A stretch of 64,000 bases of DNA from Octopus vulgaris (GCA_951406725.2 OX597827.1:60760001-60824000), one strand, 5' to 3'; positions 1 to 14,303 are shown, numbered from the stretch's first letter. Notes: generated by a model from the letters alone, not told the origin. Translations and numbers: made by a program.

Positions 1-16
1 TAACCACATATAGCTT

Positions 17-290
17 CATCATCATCATCCAGTGTTTTAAATTAACGTGGGTGGCCAGATCTACATCAATGCCATAGCAACCACCCTCACACCATCATGC
101 CCGGTTTTGGGCATCCTCCTTTCTCAAATCAACCTGCCCAATCTCCTCCTCCGCATTTTCCTCAGTCCAACTTGCTTTCACGCTCCATTTACCTCAAATG
201 CAATCACCCTCCTCAGAACATGCTCTTCGTCCCTCCTTAACACATGCCCATACTACCTCACTCCATTTGCCCTTGCCAACCATTCCAGCT
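17..290 (-). mobile_element. RTE-like LINE 3' fragment
   Basis: YGHVLRRDEEHVLRRVIAFEVNG-like translation; (GAT)n tail. Confidence 0.55.
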
Positions 291-503
291 TAAGTTTACA
301 AAGACTTGTTGATGATAGGTGAATTCCCAATCAGTGCTTAAATCTACCCACGACAAACAAGGGCAACAATTCCTAATTTTAAAATATTTGGAAATGATTT
401 TTATGAGCTCAGTCCCACTTTGGGCAAGTGCCTTCTACTATAGCCTCAGGCTGACCAAAGCCTTGAGAGTGGATTTGGTAGAAGGAAACTGAAAGAAGCC
501 TAT

Positions 504-541
<38 letters not shown>

Positions 542-1621
542 TCTTAGACTATAATATGTGTGTGTGTGTGTCTTTGTGTCTGTGTTTGTTCCCCACCACT
601 GCTTAACAACTGGTGTTGGCAAGTTTATGTCCCTGTAACTTAGCAGTTTGTCAAAACACACCAATAGAATGAGTACCAGGCTTAAAAACAAAAAAAAAGT
701 CCTGGGAAGCACTTATTTATAAAATCCTAGTAATCTTGGGTTGAACATTTACAGTACAGGAAGGATTATACCATATGATATTTCATTTACTATTCTTACA
801 TTTGTTGGGGAGGGGTTAGAATTAATGATGTTCTGTGTATGTTGTATTCAGTCACTGAATCCACATTTGAATAACTGATAATATGAAACTCAGAGTAATG
901 ATTCCAGAAGCTTCAGCTTCCCAAAAATATAAACAGATTCTACTTTATACTTTAAGGATTTTTTCTTCAGCAGTACATACAAATGTTCACCAATCCACAT
1001 GCACACATACACATATACATACACACACAAAGACACAGAGACGCACACATATACATGTGTGTGTATAATGTGTGTATGTGTGTGATATTAAATCTTCAAT
1101 ATTTCAGAAAGATTTAGAACATGACAATTTCATAAAAATTAATATTCTTACAGTATTTCCATGATGCAATATATTCTAAGATTTGAGAAACAAAATTGTA
1201 TAGTTATAGTCTTACAGTAATAGTCTTATGATGCAGTTCTTGTACTATTTCTGGGAGCTGTTAAGACAACTATGATTGCATATGCGTGTTGAAAATTTTC
1301 TTTTATTTGTAATTATTTGAAATTTTCCTGTAAAGAAAGAGTTGGTTTCTAACGAAGATACAAACATCTATCATTGGAATGTAGATAACAAAAACAAAAT
1401 CACATTTTCAATTAGAAGAAAGTCTCTCGTAGTTTTTTTTTCTTTTCTGCTTACAGATTGTATTTGTAATATGAGTGTTAACTGGTTGATTTCTCTTTCG
1501 GAAACCCCCCCCCCCAGCTTTTCTTTCTCTCCTTAATTTGGAATAAATTTGAAAGTTTGTAGAAAGGTTTTAAATTAGAAAGTGTGCTAGGAAGGTTGTG
1601 AAGAACTGTATCTAAAACAAG

Positions 1622-1634
1622 ATACATACATACA

Positions 1635-1668
<34 letters not shown>

Positions 1669-2155
1669 CATATATAAATACATATATACATACATAAATA
1701 CATACATACATACATAAATACATACATATATATATAGATACATACATACATACATACATACATAAATACATACATATATACATAGATACGCACATACATA
1801 AATACATACATACATACATACATGCATACATACATAAATACATACATATATACATAGATACATACATACATAAATACATACATACATACATTCATACATG
1901 CATACATAAATACATGCATACATAAATACATACATACATAAATACATACATTCATACACGTTTTTATGTATGTATGTATGTATTTATGTATGCATGGATG
2001 TATGTATTTATGTATGTATGTAGGCATGTATGTATGTATGTTTCTTTGTATGTATGTATGTATGTATGTATGTATCTATGTACATAAGTATGTATTTATG
2101 TATGTATGCATGTATTTATGTATGTATGTATGCATGTATGTATTTATGTATATAT
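1622..2155. repeat. (TACA)n then (TGTA)n microsatellite, strand switch near 1960
   Basis: Direct reading. Confidence 0.9.
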
Positions 2156-2505
2156 GAATGAATGAATGTGTGTGTGTGTGTGCTTGGTTGCTCTTTGCAT
2201 GCTGGGCTGGGCTTCTACAAGCATAGCAATAGTCTTGCTATCAATTACAGGTAGTGTTGTCTTCTTAATGTCAACCACGAAAGCTCGTCTGAGCTCCTTG
2301 ACTTGTCCTGACATGTTGCATGACCCTTGCATGCAAAAGGGGCTGGTAACTATGTCCGTGCAGTTTCTTATTTAAATAAATTAAGGTAAATACTTCATTG
2401 CTTAGAAACAGGTGGAAGTTGGTGACAGGAAGGGCATCCAGCCGTAGGAAATCTGCATCAATGAATTCTGCCTGACCTATGCTAGCATAGGTATGTGGAT
2501 TTAAA

Positions 2506-2890
2506 ATGACAAAGAAGAAGATGATGATGATAATGAAAATGATGATGATGATGATGATGATAGTGACGACAACGGCGATGACTACAACAGCGATAACGAT
2601 GATGATGATGACGATGATGACGATGACAATGATGATGACGATGATGATGATGATGGTGATGATGACAATCGTGATGATTATGATGATGACAATGACAATG
2701 GTAAGAATGGTTATAGTGATGATGATGATGATGATGATGACAACGACAACGACTATGACAGCGATGACAATGATGATGATGATGATAACAATGGTAAGAA
2801 TGGTTATGGTGATGATGATGATGATGACGATGATGATGCCGACAATGACAATGATGACGACAACAATAATGACAGCACCAATAATGATGG
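2506..2890. repeat. (GAT/GAC)n microsatellite
   Basis: Direct reading. Confidence 0.9.
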
Positions 2891-3483
2891 ACATAAGCAA
2901 AAGGCTGTATAAGGAAGGGAAGAGATCATAGTTGATTTACTCTTTTTTTACTCGTTTACTTGTTTCAGTTATTTGACTGTGGCCATGCTGGAGCACCACA
3001 TTTAGCCGAGCAGATCAACCCCAGGACTTATTCTTTGTAAGCCTAGTACTTATTCTATCAGTCTCTTTTGCCAAACCACTAAGTTACAGTGACGTAAACA
3101 CACCAGCATCGGTTGTCAAGCAATGTTGGGGGTGACAAACACAGATACACAAACATATACACACACATATATATACGACGGGCTTCTTTCAGTTTCCGTC
3201 TACCAATTCCACTCACAAGGCTTTGGTCAACCCGAGGCTATAGTAGAAGACATTTAGCTGAGGTGCCATTCCCAATATTTTATTGTTGCTCTATTTCATT
3301 GAATTTGAGAAAATTTGTCCTCTTTGGTGGCACTGTGTGATTTGAACTCAGAACATAAGCAGTTGCTACTGAATATCACAGGACAATTTTTTTCCAACAA
3401 CCACACCACTGCCATTTATTTTATATTAAGTGATGTAATTCAGTAGATTCAGTGATGATGGTTCAACTGCAAAACCGCTGTCT

Positions 3484-3870
3484 GGTGGTGGTGGTGGTGG
3501 GGGATGGTGGTGGTGGTGGTGGTGGTGGTGGTGGTGGTGGTGGTTGTGGCACTGGTGGTGGCACTAGTGGTGGCACTGGTGGTGGCACTGGTGGTGGCAG
3601 TGGTAGAGGTGATGATGCGGATGGCAACGTTGATGGTGGTTGTATGATAGTTGTGGTAGTGGTGGCTGTAGTATGATGGTGATGGTGGTGACTGGTGGTG
3701 GTGATGATGATGGTGATTGTGTGATGGCTGTGGCAGTGGAGGCAGTGGTGGTGGTGATGGTGTGATGGTTGTGGCAGTGGAGGTAGCGGTATCAATGGTG
3801 GTGGTGATGGTGATGATTTAGATGGTAGTAGAGGCAGTGATGGTGGTAGTGGTGGTTGCACCGGTGGCAA
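3484..3870. repeat. (GGT)n-type microsatellite (similar array at 9230-9530)
   Basis: Direct reading. Confidence 0.9.
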
Positions 3871-4198
3871 CAGTAACAGCAGCGGTAATTATGGTAGCAA
3901 CGATGGAACAACATTTCACGTAGTGTTAATTGCACATTAATAGTGAGCATGTGTGTGTGTGTGTGTGTGTGAACATGTGCAATATGTTTGAAATACCAAT
4001 AAATGATGCAATCTATTACTTTAATTACAGTTTTAAGTGGTTCTATTGTCTAACTACAATCAGTCTCAAATCCAAAGTGGACATTTGTATGCTGTCTAAG
4101 ACACAGTAAATACCACTTAACGATATGCAGTGACTCCCACTGAAGTGTATACATACACACCATAATGTGTATATATGTACATATATATAAGTATGTAA

Positions 4199-4244
<46 letters not shown>

Positions 4245-4279
4245 ATATAAACAAATACTTATATATAAACAAATGTGTG

Positions 4280-4583
4280 GAGGCGCAATGGCCCAGTGGT
4301 TAGGGCAGCGGATTCGCGGTCGTAGGATTGCGGTTTCAATCCCCAGACCAGGCGTTGTGAGTGTTTATTGAGCGAAAACACTTATAGCTCCACGAGGCTC
4401 CGGCAGGGGGTGGTGGTGGTGGTCCCTGCTGTACTCTTTCGCCACAACTTTCTCTCACTCTTTCTTCTGTTGGCCTGCTCACTTAGCCAGTGGGGTGGCA
4501 TCATTTGAAGGCTAAAACAATGCGAAGCGCATTGTGACCAGTGATGTGTAGCAACATCTGATAGCCTGATCGGTCACGGTGAT
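4280..4583 (+). mobile_element. tRNA-derived SINE, family 3 (related: 24085-24395, 33552-33810, 34690-35018)
   Basis: GGCGCAATGGCCCAGTGGTTAGG A-box, GGTTTCAATCCC B-box. Confidence 0.7.
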
Positions 4584-4967
4584 ATAAACAAATGTATATA
4601 GCTAAGTACATATACATACATATATATATGTATGTGTACACACACACACACATACACATGTATTGGTGTACTCAACTAGCCAGCAGGGTGGCTTCATTCA
4701 AAAGTTAAAATGATGTAAAGCACATTGTGACCAGTGATGTATAACAGTATTTGTTATACATCATATATGTATGTATAACAGTATTTGTTATACATACATA
4801 TATTTGTATAACCAGCCAGCCCAAAGGAGAATTGTTCGAAGAAATGCCAGTATTTTTTTGCTGCCGGAAAAAAACTGCGCTTGCACGGTTGATTTGAAAA
4901 ATGATAATGTATAAGCAAGAGGTACATGCTGGATTTGCCTTGTACTTATATGTTTAATCTAGGCATA

Positions 4968-5036
4968 CCTGTTGATGAAGACTTCGCCTAGCAAATTATT
5001 TTATTTGCTAAAAAATGTCAGAAACCATGGTTCAGG
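4968..5036 (+). ncRNA. Degenerate hammerhead motif
   Basis: cctg TTGATGA agac...gtca GAAA ccatgg TT cagg. Confidence 0.45.
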
Positions 5037-5232
5037 AAATAGACAGTAAATGTTTTTATTGTTCATTCCCTTCAAGTTTTTATCCCTAATAGTGGTTTGG
5101 ACTTTAGCTGTTCCTTCTAGCGTGAAAGGAATCCTATGAAGGATACCTCTTATGTGTTTAATTGTACACTGTATTTATATGAATAATATATAGTCTATTG
5201 ACTAATTTTTCTACACACTATGTCCACAGGTA

Positions 5233-5318
<86 letters not shown>

Positions 5319-5327
5319 ATATATATG

Positions 5328-5365
<38 letters not shown>

Positions 5366-5383
5366 CATATATATATATATATG

Positions 5384-6152
5384 AGGTAGACCCAGGAAAA
5401 CCTGGGACGAGGTGGTGAAGCATGACCTTCGAACATTAGGCCTCACCGAGGCAATGACAAGTGACCGAGACCTTTGGAAATATGCTGTGTGTGAGAAGAC
5501 CTGGCAGGACAAGTGAGACCATAACCCGTGGCCTTTACCAGGGATGTAGCCAGCCCACTTATGCATACCTTTCCTTCTTTGGACACAAAGCTCTGCTTGT
5601 GAAGACCTGTTGAGGCAAGTGAAATCAAAATCGAAATTGAATTTGAATTCGAAATAGAACCAAATTTGACGACTGGCACCCATGCCAACCTCCCTTCATT
5701 GGACACTAAACTCTGTTTGCGAAGACCTGTTGGGGTAAGTGAAATCGAAATTGAACTAAATTCGATGACTGGCACCTGTGCCAGTGGCGCGCTAACAGCT
5801 CCATCCAAGCGGGATCACTGCCAGAGCAGCTGTCTGGCTTCTGTGCCGGTGGCACGTAAAAGCACCATTTGAGCGTGATCATTACTATCGTCGCCTTACA
5901 GGCCCTTGTGAACAAAACATTCGAGCGAGGTCATTGCCAGTGCTGCTGGACGGGCTCCTGTGCAGGTGGCACATAAAATCATGCCATTTCGAGGGTGGCT
6001 GTTGTCAGTACCGCCAGACTGGCCCTCGTGCCGGTGGCACGTAAAAGCACCTACTACACTCTTGGAGTGGTTGGCGTTAGGAAGGGCATCCAGCTGTAGA
6101 AACTCTGCCAGATCAAATTGGAGCCTGGCGCAGCCATCTGGTTCGCCAGACC
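5384..6152 (+). mobile_element. RTE-derived composite repeat (reverse copies at 30222-30833 and 56210-56675; partial copies at 15058-15338, 28418-28695, 53571-53823)
   Basis: RTE 3' end [11 protein letters not shown], then internal gccggtggcacgtaaaagcacc repeats and GGTTGGCGTTAGGAAGGGCATCCAGC. Confidence 0.7.
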
Positions 6153-6984
6153 TGGTGGGGTTACATGAAAGATATCATGTAGTGCCCTAAAGTAAAGAAC
6201 ATGAATTACCTTACACAAAGAATAACTGCCACCATTGTGACTATTGATGAAAGTATATTAAGAGGGAGATGAACAGAAATTGAGTATCATTTAGACATCC
6301 TTCATGCAATGAATGAGACCCCTATAGAAATTTATTAACTATTTGTATATAAACATCCCTATTTACTTCATATTATGTAAACATTTCAGCAGTATCCAGT
6401 TTCTCTTGTAATTTTAATCAATTTGTGGACACCTTGTACGCATACACACATATACACACATACATTAATATAAACATCAATGAGTCACTGTGGATTCATT
6501 GTTCCCTAGATTGAGATATTGGTGCCATTTGTGTTTCCATATAACCAAGCTACCTTCCAAAACAAAAAAAAAAAAAGAAAATGGAAATCAACAAAGAAAA
6601 TGTCTTCTCATTTGAAAAACATTTCAACTTGCTGCCCTTAATATTGCTTTATATGCTAATCAATAGTCTATAATACAAATTGGTATGTGAAGCTGAAATG
6701 ACATTACAAAGCACTCTAGATTTCTCATAAAATCAATATATATGTTGTCATTAGTTCATATACCTAAAAAATAAGCACACTCTAAAACATTAGAGCAGTA
6801 ATTATGGAAGGTTGATTGTTATGGTTGGTCAGAGAGTGACCATTGGCTTCCCACCTATAAAGTGCTTAGCCGTATAGGCAACTCACCAAATGCAAGTGGC
6901 CGGAGGCACATACCTTCTCTACAACTGAATGGAGGAAAACGTCATGATCAGTTATCTTTGTAAACAAAAAATATATACATTATA

Positions 6985-7392
6985 GGCGTAGGAGTGGCTG
7001 TGTGGTAAGTAGCTTGCTTACGAACCACATGGTTTCAGGTTCAGTCCCACTGCATGGAACCTTGGGCAAGTGTCTTCTACTATAGCTTCAGGCTGACCAA
7101 AGCCTTGTGAGTGGATTTGGTAAATGGAAACTGAAAGAAGCCCGTCGTATATATATGTGTGTGTGTGTGTGTGTGTTTGTGTGTCTGTGTTTGCGCCCCC
7201 CCCCCCAACATCGCTTGACAACCGATGCTGGTGTGTTTACATCCCTGTAACTTAGCAGTTCTGCAAAAGAAACCAATAGAATAAGTACTAGACTTGCAAA
7301 GAATAAGTTCTGGGGTCAATTTGTTCGACTAAAGGCGGTGCTCCAGCATCGCCACAGTCAAATGACTGAAACAAGTAAAAGAGTAAAAGAGT
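6985..7392 (+). mobile_element. tRNA-derived SINE, family 1 (many copies, e.g. 2941-3262, 18000-18402, 22320-22668, 22735-23058, 35128-35412, 48625-49027, 60041-60476)
   Basis: Pol III A-box TGGCTGTGTGG, B-box GGTTCAGTCCC, internal (TA)/(TG) tract, (AAAGAGT)n tail. Confidence 0.85.
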
Positions 7393-7496
7393 GACATCAA
7401 GAATGACTCTACAGATAGTGTTTCAGGTGGGACAGAGTTATCCCCCCTTATATCAGTTACAACCATGATGATTTTTTAAAGTTGCTCTCATGGGTT

Positions 7497-7900
7497 CTAT
7501 TCAACAAATGGGGAGTTCCAAGCTTGCAACAGGAAATGTCTCTGATGGGGACATTGACTAAACACCTCTTTTTTGGAGCTTAAAAAGCCTCCCCCACTTC
7601 CCCCGTCATGCAGGTTTTTCAGGATCCTTGCTCACTCTGCAAAGCAAAACTTACATCATTTGCTCCCATTGATATATGACCCTAGTTGTTTGAGAAGCTT
7701 CCTTTAATTATGTATGGCATGCCCTCCTCTTTTAAATGCTATATTTGGCTGGTCAGGAATGTGATGTTGCACATCTCTGGTATCCTAAAAGAGGACCAGA
7801 GGTTGCTCAGATATTGCTTAAAATGACTGCCAGTTGAACCAACATATTTCTGTGTCAGTGCACTGGATGTGCTACAGATGATGTTTCTTTCGTTAACTCT
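7497..7900 (-). mobile_element. Penelope-like retroelement GIY-YIG endonuclease relic
   Basis: Frameshifted translation KYVGSTGSHFKQ...CKFCFAE*ARILKNL...EVFSQCPHQRHFLLQAWNSPFVE*; similar to the 46311 fragment. Confidence 0.7.
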
Positions 7901-7974
7901 GGGCGTGATGTTATTGTTGTCACAGGTATTTTATGCACATCTCTGACTTAATTTCCCAATGTATTTTTTTTTAC

Positions 7975-8900
7975 CTTTTGTAAGACTGAACTCTTTTCCT
8001 TGTAAACATCTGGAGAAAGTTTCATCACTTCTGTATAAAATACTGGCTGGTGTAATTAGTATTTTACATTTTTCTGTGATACATATATTGCATCTATTGT
8101 CCTTGCCATTATATGACTCATCTACTCGACAATGCCTTATTTTATAGTAGCATTAACTCTAATGTGTTTAAAATTTCCCAATATACTGGGACAATAGTGT
8201 AGATGATTTTATTTGTGGAATAAATATGCTGTATGTATTGGGTTTTGAATATATCTTTTGTAATCCTATATACGCAATTTCAATACCATCTATTGTTTTT
8301 ACATCAGCTCTATGCAACAATGCTGTTGATAGGCATTTTCCATTGAAAAGACAGTTTAATATATTTCTACAACAACATTCAGGTATTGTGATTGTATGGG
8401 GTTTACATGGTTTAGGTTTTATAGTCGAAAATTTGGGATTCCATGTTACCTAAACAATTCTACTGATTTTGTTTTGTTTTTTTTTTTTTGTTTTTTGTAA
8501 AGATCTTGTTAAATATCTTATGATAACTATGTGAAACAGGGAATCTGTATCTATGGCTGACAAAAAATTCCTTGCTATTTTTGTAGATACACTTATATTA
8601 CACAAGGTTTATTCCAAATTAACATCCTCTTTCTATATTTGATTTTTTTAAAGTTTATCTTTAAAGCCATGTTATAGAGACAGGACGGCTTTATTGAATA
8701 ATTCCTCTTCTCATGTCAAATTTGATATTCATCTGCTAATGTTAATAGTGAGATGTTTTATAATTGTGGATGGGTGGATAGAGCCCTTATTAATATATAA
8801 CAAGATTATACTTGAGAAGATGCAACATCCTGTGATGATTAAGGAAATATACCCATATTACATAAAGCCAATGTTAAAATGTCTTCCTCTGATATCTATA
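7975..8900 (-). mobile_element. Penelope-like (Naiad-like) RT thumb, Cys linker and GIY-YIG relic
   Basis: YINKGSIHPSTIIK...RKRMLIWNKP...HSYHKIFNK; CCCRNILNCLFNGKCL...AYIGL; RCNICITEKCKIL...ETFSRCL; stops and frameshifts. Confidence 0.78.
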
Positions 8901-9699
8901 GTATTTTTAACATAGCACATCCATAGGAGATGTTATCTCAGGACAAATACTGCAGCAGTTGGCCTATCAGCTGTGTATATTCACTAAGTATGATACATAG
9001 ATGGCCATTATAACTTATTTATTATGAGCTGCCAGTGAGAATTAATTTTAGAAACTACACATTTAACTGTGCTTAAATTACAACAATGGTGTGGTCTGTT
9101 TCTTGCTCACTTTGACACCTGCATGGCTCATGAGCACTTTTGGGACAAGAAATTTATCAGTCTCTGAAAGAGATGCATGTAATGGAAAATCTCTTGCAAA
9201 GGATCAGAGCTGCTGAGTGACTTGAATTAACATGATGATGATAATGGTAATGATGATGAAGATGATGATGATAACGGTGGTGGTGGTGGTGGTGGTGGTG
9301 GTGGTGGTGGTGGTGGTGGTGGCGATGGTGGTGGCAGTCATGGTGGCGGTTGTGGTGGCAGTGGTGGTGATGTGGTGGTGGTGGTGGTGGTGGTAGTGGT
9401 GGTTGTGGTGGTGGTGGTGGTGGTGGTGGTGGTGGTAGTGGTGGTTGGGTGGTGGTTGTGGTGGTGGTGGTGGTGGTGGTGGTGGTGGTGGTGGTGGCGG
9501 TGGTGGCAGCAGCAGTGGTGGTGGATGATAAAGTTGTGCATTTCAACAGAAATATGATAGCAAAGTGGTCAACACATTTGAAATTTAGTATGACATAAAA
9601 CAAGTTCAACGCATTTGAAATGTTAATAAAGTGAATTTTATTAACTGGTAAATATTCCAGATAATTTTACATAAAACACAGCATTTGTTAGTAATGTTG

Positions 9700-10720
9700 T
9701 CAATGTTGATTAAATACAGAAAAAACTATGTTGAATATTGATTTGATTAAATGCATAATAACCATGTTGGTTAAATATAACACAATCATATCTATTTATT
9801 AAATATAACAGAATTACATTGGTTAAATACTATAAAACCATACGTATTATTGGTAAAATATAGTAGAATTATATATAATACTGTTTAAATATACAATAGC
9901 TATACTGATGGAATATAACAGAATAATATTCAATATTGTTTAAATATAACAGAGGTATATTGGTTAAGTATAGCATTACTACAACCAATATTATTTAAAT
10001 ATAATAAAACTATATTGATGCAATATAACAGAATTATATCTATGCTGTTTAAATATAATACAATCATATTAGGTATATATATAACAGAATCATATCCATT
10101 ATTAGTGAAATATTGTAGAATCATGTTTAAATATAATAGAATCATATTAATTGAATATAACACAATAATATCCAATATTATTTAAATGTATTCAAACCAT
10201 ATTGATTAAATATAACAAAATCATATCCAATATTGTTTAGATATATTAGAACCATACTGATTAAATAGAGCAGGATTGTATGCAATATTATTTAAAAATA
10301 ATAAAACCATATTGGTTAAATTCAGCAGAGTCATAATATCCATTATTGATAATATATGATAGAAACATATCTACTACTATTTAAATATGCAAGAGCCATA
10401 TTGGTGAAATATAACAGAATGATATTCAATATTGTTTAAATATGATAGAAACATTTTGGTTAAATACAGCAAAATCATATACAATACTATTTAAGTATAG
10501 TAAACCCATATTGATTAGATATAATAGAATCATCATTTATTCAAATATATCAGATCCATATCTAGTATCAATTAATTATAACAAAACTATATCCAACATC
10601 TTAAACATATTAAACATCTTAGTATAGAACCATATCCAATGGTGGTTAAATATATCAAAACCATATCAAATATTAGTTACATATTGCAAAGCCACATCGA
10701 ATATTGATTAACATGTTTGC
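9700..10720. repeat. Degenerate AT-rich minisatellite
   Basis: Recurrent aaatataacagaatcatat(ccaatattgttt) units of about 23-31 bp. Confidence 0.75.
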
Positions 10721-10792
10721 TGACACATAAGATACACCCTTTTTCTTTATTTAGTTGTATCGAAAGATTGCTCTGTGTCTAATGTGGCCAGA

Positions 10793-11025
10793 TTAACCCT
10801 TTCAATACCAACCCAGCTGAAACTGCCTCTGGCTCTGTAGTACAAATGTCATGTTTACATAAGTTTTGAATTAAAATCTTCCACCAAACCTTAGTCACAA
10901 TTTATGTTCCTAACACTGGCTTAATGATAATGAACTTATTTTATTAAATTCTTTGGTATATTTAAAATAATTGAAAAAAAAAAACACAGAGGATCTCAAA
11001 ATAAATACGGTAACAAAAGGGTTAA
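10793..11025. mobile_element. TTAA-flanked piggyBac-like MITE
   Basis: TTAA|CCCTTT...AAAGGG|TTAA; an inverted relative lies at 26777-26995. Confidence 0.75.
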
Positions 11026-11576
11026 GGATGGGAGACTGAGTCTTGTATGTTAGGGAGCTGTATGAGCATAAATTTGTTAAGCACAATAATTGTTACCAAT
11101 ATTAGAATATTGAAAGAAAGCCAAAATATCTGTCTTTTAGCACAAATTTACAAAATAAAAAAAAATTGATTACAGTATGCTTGCAGTTATGTGGAGAGGT
11201 CAAATAATTTCAATATACCTCCTTCCCCAGCATACATAACATGCACTTAATAAATGTCTTACATTATTTAATGACTGTTACCTTTAAGAAACATTTCTTT
11301 AAATTATCTAAATCAAAATTCTCTGTAAAGATGACAGAAATATCAACCTTTTTGTTACTACATTTCTGTCAGCATATGCTGCTTTTGTTTCAATTAATTT
11401 TTAAAATAATGAGGAATTTAGTAAAATAACTTTCTGACTATTTGGCTGGAGTGTGGAACAAATTGGCATAAAATTTTGATAAAAGATTATAATTTAGATG
11501 ACTTTAAAACAGTAAGTTTCTGCCATAGAACCTGGGGTGGTCTGAGGTGGGTTGGTATCAAAAGGGTTAAACTTTC

Positions 11577-11956
11577 ATCTTGTTAAATATCTTATGATAA
11601 CTATGTGAAACAGGGAATCTGTATCTATGGGTGACAAAAAATTCCTTGCTATTTTTGTAGATACACTTATATTACACAAGGTTTATTCTAAATTATCATC
11701 CTCTTTCTATATTTGATTTTTTAAAAGTTTATCTTTAAAGCCATGTTATAGAGACAGGACGGCTTTATTGAATAATTACTCTTCTCATGTCAAATTTGAT
11801 ATCCATCTGCTAATGTTAATAGTGAGATGTTATATAATTGTGGATGGGTGAATAGAGCCCTTATTAATATATAACAAGATTATACTTGAGAAAATGCAAC
11901 ATCCTGTGATGATTAAGGAAATATACCCATATTACATAAAGTCACTGTTAAAATGT
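11577..11956 (-). mobile_element. Near-identical duplicate of PLE fragment 8503-8882
   Basis: About 380-bp direct repeat, few substitutions. Confidence 0.85.
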
Positions 11957-12613
11957 TAATCTGACAATTTGAAATGTTTCTGTGAATCAAAATAAGGATT
12001 TCTTTTGACCAGACAAACACCACAAATGTGTGTGGTCTAGGCTATTGGACTTAAGATCATAAGGTGATGGGTTTAATTCCTGAACTGAGTAATACATTGT
12101 GTCCTTGTACAAAGTGCTTTACTTCATGTAGTTTCAGATCAGTCAGCTGATTTGTAATGAGTGGATGACAACAAAATCATAGCAGTGGTGCACCATGCTG
12201 GTGGCCAATTATGGTTGCACATCAAGGTAGCACAAAACATCACAGGCAAAAGAATAGGTTTTAAATCCTGTATGGCAGATATTTTGATCAAAATATAAGC
12301 AACTATACAGTTGATTTGAAAAACAATAAAACTGAAATACAGAATTCACATCATATAGTTTATTTATCATAAATTTATGGTTTCATATTTTATTCCAATA
12401 TTCTGTCACAACATTGTATTTATACGCACCGAGTCATATATTTCCCCTACAAAACTGCTTTAAAATATCTTTCAATAAGTGTGTGATGAAACATACTAAA
12501 TTTGTTCTTTCTACTAAATATTCTTGTCAAAAATATTCTTGATGTGTCTTATATGAGAATATATCTTATATGCTGGCAAATATGGTAACTGAAATATAAC
12601 ACAGCAATATCTT

Positions 12614-12779
12614 AAAATCATATTTAATGTTGCTTAAAGATATCAAAAAATAATATTTAATGTTGCTTAAAGATATCAAAAAATCATATTTAATGTTGCT
12701 TAAAGATATCAAAAAATCATATTTAATGTTGCTTAAAAATATCAAAAAATCATATTTAATGTTGCTTAAAGATATCAGA
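12614..12779. repeat. 33-bp tandem repeat, about 5 copies
   Basis: aaatcatatttaatgttgcttaaagatatcaaa. Confidence 0.9.
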
Positions 12780-13382
12780 AACATATCTTGTACTAATTCA
12801 ATATAACAAAGCAATATCCATCACTGGTCAAATATAACCAAAACATTATTTAATATTGGTTAAAAGTAACCAGAACCATATTCAGTGATGGTTCAACGTA
12901 ACAGAACCATAGAGTTGCAACAAACTTCTTATTAGCAAAACCAACAAGTTACTTCCAATTCTGATTTCACATTGCATCATTTGTATGTGAACAAATAGAA
13001 AAGGATATCATAGCTACTGAAATTAAAATATAATGTAATTGCATACAATATTGTTTAACCCTTCAGAATTCAGATTACTCTGTCAAATGTAATGTTTATT
13101 TATTCAGATTGTTTTTGAATTAATCATGCATTAACTTGTCATTTTCAGATTTCACTGATGATGTGATTGTTTATTTTTAGAATGATGTTGTTGGGTAGGT
13201 GTGAGAGGTTGGATCTGAGTTTCTTTTAACATAAAATAGGTAAAATAATTAAGGTGTGTATTGCTGGTTTAAATGCTGAAGGATTAAATATAACAGAATC
13301 ATATTGATCAGATGTAGCAAAATCATATCCATTATTGCTCAAATTAAACAATGCTGAATGTGTGTGCATGTGTATAAGTTTA

Positions 13383-13428
<46 letters not shown>

Positions 13429-13533
13429 ATATATATATACACATATAATTATATACATATATATGTATATGTAGGTATGTAATATACATTTATATATATA
13501 TATGCGTGTGTGTAGATATGTATGTATATATAA

Positions 13534-13571
<38 letters not shown>

Positions 13572-13601
13572 GTATAATATATATATATATCTCTATATAT
13601 A

Positions 13602-13642
<41 letters not shown>

Positions 13643-13745
13643 CCATATAAACATATATATGTATATGTAGTTATGTATATATATATATGTGTGTGTGTTT
13701 ATATGTGTGTGTGTGTGTATAGATATGTATATGTATATATATGTA

Positions 13746-13791
<46 letters not shown>

Positions 13792-13895
13792 TATACATAT
13801 GTATATATATTGTTTTTTTAGAAAAACATAAATCCAGAGAAGCACACTCTAAGAAATAGAGCGGTCTATATTTATTACCGGTGAAGGCTGGTTTA

Positions 13896-13954
13896 TAGGG
13901 TTACCCTGGGTTTCTTATCATAAAAGGTACTTTATGGTGTATCTTCAGACCCTA
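13896..13954 (-). ncRNA. Type I hammerhead motif (left arm of inverted repeat)
   Basis: Reverse complement: tagggt CTGAAGA ...stem II... GAAA ccc-a-ggg TA acccta. Confidence 0.72.
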
Positions 13955-14303
13955 AGACCTGTTGGCCTATGGCCTCTTTAAAATATAGAGGGGAAACGAA
14001 ACAGATATAAACAATAGGGATTATCTCCCTTTGGTGTTGGTCATCGGCTTCAGGCTGTGCTCCTTCAGCTACGCCACCTGTCAGTTATGAGTGTAAAAGG
14101 TAGAGGGTTTTCTCTCACTCTCATCAGCAATCAATTTCCAGTGGTGGTGTAATTAGTGCTAATATTGCTAGTATCGCTATTATGCGGTTCCCAAATGCTG
14201 GCAGGAATCACCTGAAATGCAAGCATGGCCCGGAAATCTCCATTCTAGGGGTCAGTATTGCTTCCCTCTCCATATTTTAAAGAGGCTATAGGCCAACAAG
14301 TCT

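Noticed and set aside
1478-2931. Long ORFs of MYVC/IYIY/poly-M/I/D/S/P type here and throughout the window (e.g. 24663-25389, 44436-45183, 54618-55610)
   Set aside because: They are translations of microsatellites with no protein-like content or splice context.
6985-7060. tRNA-like sequences with A/B boxes
   Set aside because: These are heads of multi-copy SINEs; no complete cloverleaf.
12614-12779. 33-bp repeats resembling a CRISPR array
   Set aside because: Head-to-tail with no unique spacers, in eukaryotic DNA, with no cas genes.
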